In this document: positions 60,362-64,000 of the stretch, piece by piece
Position numbering within the stretch: the first letter of the stretch is position 1
Layout: the number at the start of each line of letters is the position of its first letter
Assembly: GCA_028283145.1 (NCBI GenBank)
Contig: JAPYNY010000012.1
Coordinates: 11,672 to 75,671 of the forward strand
Length of the DNA stretch: 64,000 nucleotides
Direction of reading: 5' to 3'
From: Candidatus Hopanoidivorans cymbastelae
GTDB lineage: Bacteria > Actinomycetota > Acidimicrobiia > Acidimicrobiales > Hopanoidiivorantaceae
Position numbers and translations under genes: made by a program
Notes under the pieces: generated by a model
Told to the model about the DNA's origin: nothing
Databases searched by the model: none
What the model saw: the letters and a program-made list of their open reading frames with translations, nothing else

Positions 60362-61911
60362 GCTTGGCTCACCGACTGGTTGGGCGACAGGTCAGTGGAA
60401 AAGACAGCTTTAGCTAGCTCTCTAGCTACCTTTCTGTCATCAAAAGGCACTGTGCTGGCGCCTATTTTTTGAGTTTGCTCGTGCCCCTTGCCCGCAATCA
60501 AAACCACATCACCAAAATCTGCTTGCTCTAAAGCCTGTCTGATGGCCAGGCGACGATCCAGCTCCACAAAATAGGGGGCAACTGAGAAAGGTACGGCTGA
60601 AAATGGCGCGGCACAGTTCTTGCCTGCAGATGTGTGGCCGTCAGTTTTCGAATTGGTCGCTCTCAGGCTTTCAATGCCCGAGACGATCTCTGAAATGATT
60701 TGTTCTGGATTCTCCTGACGAGGGTTGTCGTTAGTCAGATATACGAAGTCTGCCAACTGACTGGCTAGCCTGCCCATTTCAGGACGTTTAGAAGGATCTC
60801 GCTCGCCTCCGCAACCAAAGACAACGTGGCACTTTTTATCTGGGGCCAACTTCCGGCAACTCAGCAAAGCTTGCTCCAAGGCCTGTGGGGTATGGGCATA
60901 ATCCACCACTATCGCCACTGGTGCTTTGACTACTATCTCAAAGCGCCCGGCTATAGGAGGCATTTGCTCCAACCCAGCTTTGATGGTTTGGCTGTCAAAC
61001 CCCAGTTCTCTGGCAATCACAAAAGCTATATTTGCGTTGGCAATAGCAGACCAGCCAGCCAGAGGCAACTGGATTGGCACGCCTTCGATAGACATCAGAC
61101 TGCCGGCTAGTGTTTGAGTGAAAACTGTCACATCAGCTGTTGCGCAGCGGACAGCTTTCAACTTCGAGGACAGCCAGTCATAGAGTTGCTGTCCGTAGGC
61201 ATCGTCGATGCATATGACAGCTTGTCTGGTGTGTTCAGCTGAGAATAAAGACTTTTTGACCGCAAAATACTCTTCCATCGTTTGGTGATAGTCCAGATGT
61301 TCAGGGCTCAGATTGGTAAAGCCACAGAGTTCAAAATCAATAGCATCAATGCGATGTTGAGCTATGGCATGCGAAGACACCTCCATGACCATCGCGCTAG
61401 CTGTAGAGCATGCCCTAGCCAGCAGTGACTGCAGTTCCGGGGCTTCCGGGGTGGTCAATGAGCCGGTCAAGGTGCCGACAGTCTCAACGTTTTGCCCGGC
61501 TGCTCGGTAGATCTCAGCCAGCATGCTGACTACGCTTGTTTTGCCGTTGGTGCCGGTAATGCCAATCACTGGAATGGACTTTGAAGGGTGTCCATAAAAC
61601 GCGCTGGCCAACTGCGCCATGGCTGCTCTGGCTGAGGGGACTTGGATTTGCGGAATGTCCAGACCTAGAGGCCGCTCACAGAGCACGGCTGCAGCACCTT
61701 TGGACTCAGCTTGGGTGGCAAAGTCGTGTCCGTCGTGTTGTTTTCCCGGCAAGCAACAAAACAAGCTGCCTGTGCTCACATGATCTGAATGATAGACAAT
61801 CTGTGAGATGACCGAGTTTTGAGCTATGGGTGGCAAATCACATTCAGCTAGCAAACCATTTAAAGACACAGAAGTTGGCCGGACAGATGACATGGAACTA
61901 CTTCGTGCCAA
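60358..61911 (-). CDS. murE: UDP-MurNAc-tripeptide synthetase (meso-DAP-type DNPR motif)
   Basis: GTNGKTS, TTPE, MEVSSH, DYAHTP, DNPR, AGKGHE. Confidence 0.96.
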   Translation of the reverse strand: MARSSSMSSVRPTSVSLNGLLAECDLPPIAQNSVISQIVYHSDHVSTGSLFCCLPGKQHDGHDFATQAESKGAAAVLCERPLGLDIPQIQVPSARAAMAQLASAFYGHPSKSIPVIGITGTNGKTSVVSMLAEIYRAAGQNVETVGTLTGSLTTPEAPELQSLLARACSTASAMVMEVSSHAIAQHRIDAIDFELCGFTNLSPEHLDYHQTMEEYFAVKKSLFSAEHTRQAVICIDDAYGQQLYDWLSSKLKAVRCATADVTVFTQTLAGSLMSIEGVPIQLPLAGWSAIANANIAFVIARELGFDSQTIKAGLEQMPPIAGRFEIVVKAPVAIVVDYAHTPQALEQALLSCRKLAPDKKCHVVFGCGGERDPSKRPEMGRLASQLADFVYLTNDNPRQENPEQIISEIVSGIESLRATNSKTDGHTSAGKNCAAPFSAVPFSVAPYFVELDRRLAIRQALEQADFGDVVLIAGKGHEQTQKIGASTVPFDDRKVARELAKAVFSTDLSPNQSVSQA

Positions 61912-61914
61912 GCT

Positions 61915-63717
61915 CTATTGGCCTGTTGCGCCTGGCCCCGCCACAGAAACTGATGGCGGTATATGAAAATGTCTAATGGCTTCACGTGCCAACAGAGCAA
62001 AAGCGGGAGCCGAGGTTTGACTGGCATAAATGCTGTTTTGCGGCTCTTCCAGTACTACGATGATTGAAATGACAGGATTATCAGCTGGCAAAAACCCGGC
62101 AAATGTGGTGATGTAGTGATAGTTTCCGTCTTCATCTTCGTAACCACCAGTGGGCAGAGGTTTACGCGCTGTGCCAGTCTTTCCGGCTACCAGATAATTG
62201 TCCACTGCGGCATTTTTACCAGTCCCCGATTCAACCACATTGACTAGCATGTCCTTCACTTCCCGAGCCGTTTCAGAAGAAATGATCTGGGACTGGCTTG
62301 GCACCTCAGGTCCCACCCGACGTCCCTGTGTGCTGATTACATCACCCACAAGCTGGGGTGGAATCTGCACGCCGTCGTTGGCGATGATGTTGTAGACATT
62401 CAGCATTTGCAGGGGCGTCAGAGCCACACCTTGGCCGAGCGCGATAGTAGCGATGGATGTTCCCGACCAGTCGTTTAGATCCAGAAGCTGCCCGACTGAC
62501 TCGCCCGGTAATTCCTGCCGCAATAGTTCGCTCCCCACGCCAAAACGCAGCAGGTACTGATACAGCAACTCTTCGCCAAGTCCTTGACTCCATAAAATAG
62601 TGCCGATGTTGGAGGAAATGCGCAGAATTTCTGAGACCGACATATCCAGTGGCGGATGCCAATCATGGTCTTCAAACAATGAATCATAGAGCACCAACGA
62701 AGCCGGGACTTCCCTGACACTTTGAGGTGTGGCCGTATCGGTGTCTAAAATCGCTGAAAAGGTAAGAGGTTTGAGAGCCGACCCTGGCTCATAAGTCCAA
62801 GTAACGGCTCTGTTCTCATTTGACACCACATAGCTATAGGGGGTTTCAGGGCTGTGGGGGGTTTCAGATGCGGAGACGCTTTCATCGCTTGAACTGTTTT
62901 CTTCTCGCACAACGGTAGCCATCGACAAAATCCGACCTGTGGAGGGCTGCATTACAATAGCCGTGCCCGATAGGGAGCTAGTCTGCTCTACTTGCTCCAA
63001 CAGGATTTGTTCGGTTTGGAACTGGAAGGGGTTGTCAATGGTCAGATAGACCGAAGCCCCAGGCAGCGCCGGTTGCTCCTTGCGTTCTCCTAAGGCAATT
63101 GGGTTGCCGTTGGGGTCGCCTTCCAAATACAGGCGCCCAGGTGTGCCGACTAGCTGGTCGTTGTATGAGAACTCAATGCCACCTAGTCCCTGTTCCTCTG
63201 AGCCCACAAACCCCACAAAAGAGCTGCGCAGGGAGGATTCAATTGGATAATGTCGGGCATATTCCTTGTAGGAGTGGATTCCATTCAGTTCCAGCGCGAG
63301 CACAGCATCTCTGGTCTCCATTGAAACTTTACGCTTCAGATAGCTGAATGCCCCTTGAGCTATGAGTTTGGTATGCAGAGTTTCGGCTGAGCTTTGGAGC
63401 ACTGGAGCCAATAGCTGGGCAGTTTGCCAAGGGTCTTCAACTCTTCGTGGGTCGGCCCAGATGGTATAGCGAATGAGAGAAGTTGCCAGCAGATCTTTGT
63501 TGCTGTCGTAAATGTCTCCTCGCCTAGCTGGAAGTTCACGGGTGTAGACACGCTGGTCTTCCCCACGGGCAATTAATTCAGAATTATCCAGCAGTTGGAT
63601 ATCAACCAATCGGTAAAAAATGAGGCCAGGAATTATCAGAACAATCAGCGAGCTGAGGAAAAAAACCCGCCGTCTGCTTGAGAGGCTCGGACGATTTTTG
63701 GATGGTTTACTGACCAT
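61915..63717 (-). CDS. ftsI: Class B penicillin-binding protein FtsI
   Basis: RGDIYD, EPGSALK (SxxK), SSN, KTGT. Confidence 0.95.
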   Translation of the reverse strand: MVSKPSKNRPSLSSRRRVFFLSSLIVLIIPGLIFYRLVDIQLLDNSELIARGEDQRVYTRELPARRGDIYDSNKDLLATSLIRYTIWADPRRVEDPWQTAQLLAPVLQSSAETLHTKLIAQGAFSYLKRKVSMETRDAVLALELNGIHSYKEYARHYPIESSLRSSFVGFVGSEEQGLGGIEFSYNDQLVGTPGRLYLEGDPNGNPIALGERKEQPALPGASVYLTIDNPFQFQTEQILLEQVEQTSSLSGTAIVMQPSTGRILSMATVVREENSSSDESVSASETPHSPETPYSYVVSNENRAVTWTYEPGSALKPLTFSAILDTDTATPQSVREVPASLVLYDSLFEDHDWHPPLDMSVSEILRISSNIGTILWSQGLGEELLYQYLLRFGVGSELLRQELPGESVGQLLDLNDWSGTSIATIALGQGVALTPLQMLNVYNIIANDGVQIPPQLVGDVISTQGRRVGPEVPSQSQIISSETAREVKDMLVNVVESGTGKNAAVDNYLVAGKTGTARKPLPTGGYEDEDGNYHYITTFAGFLPADNPVISIIVVLEEPQNSIYASQTSAPAFALLAREAIRHFHIPPSVSVAGPGATGQ

Positions 63718-64000
63718 TTGAACTTGAGTTCAGATAGGTAACGTTCTCAGCCACAACCATTCCCAAAACCTCGGTAGCTGTAGCACGAATTAGCTCTGGT
63801 GAAGCTGCCTGGGAGCGTTCATAGAGCAGTTGCTGACGCAGTTCCAGCTGTTCATTCAACTCCAGCCGCAGGTTGTCCAGATCTCTTTGGCCGGTAAGTA
63901 GCGAAGCGTGTAGAAAGACAATGGCAAACGGAGTCGCCACCAGCGCTATAAGACCCACCACAAAGCTGACGAAATACAACTTTCGGAAGCGGGGGCGCGA
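63707..64000 (-). CDS. FtsL-like cell division protein, 5' end outside the window
   Basis: Frame open to the window edge; TM helix, coiled coil, SPELIRATA..LGMV; directly upstream of ftsI. Confidence 0.75.
   Translation of the reverse strand, partial: SRPRFRKLYFVSFVVGLIALVATPFAIVFLHASLLTGQRDLDNLRLELNEQLELRQQLLYERSQAASPELIRATATEVLGMVVAENVTYLNSSSNGQ

Overview
Core-chromosome window of an actinobacterium, most likely Acidimicrobiia (inferred from Bpa, an MshD-like acetyltransferase, F420-type enzymes, GlyQS, type-2 IleRS and gene order). GC is only about 50-54% by eye. It holds the dcw cluster (ftsL-ftsI-murE-mraY-murD-ftsW-murG-murC/murB-ftsQ-ftsZ-pgeF-yggS-sepF-yggT), ileS, dksA-like/lspA/rluA, dnaE, a his/trpE operon, phoH-ybeY-uppS-recO-glyQS-dnaG and three tRNAs. 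No mobile element or CRISPR array was seen. The main hidden signal is two genes that the ORF track splits at in-frame UGA codons and that read as selenoproteins. One is a formate dehydrogenase catalytic subunit (CNRT-U-H). The other is a UGSC-motif protein encoded 2 nt after an SCP2-type thiolase and a DUF35 protein. Each UGA is followed 11-12 nt later by a similar SECIS-like hairpin. Other oddities: a HisH lacking its catalytic N-terminal half, HisD-HisC and MurC-MurB fusions, murF and divIVA absent from their usual slots, a histone-like DksA with one cysteine, and pervasive short tandem duplications and polar insertions in housekeeping proteins. All calls come from reading motifs by eye; no database search was run.
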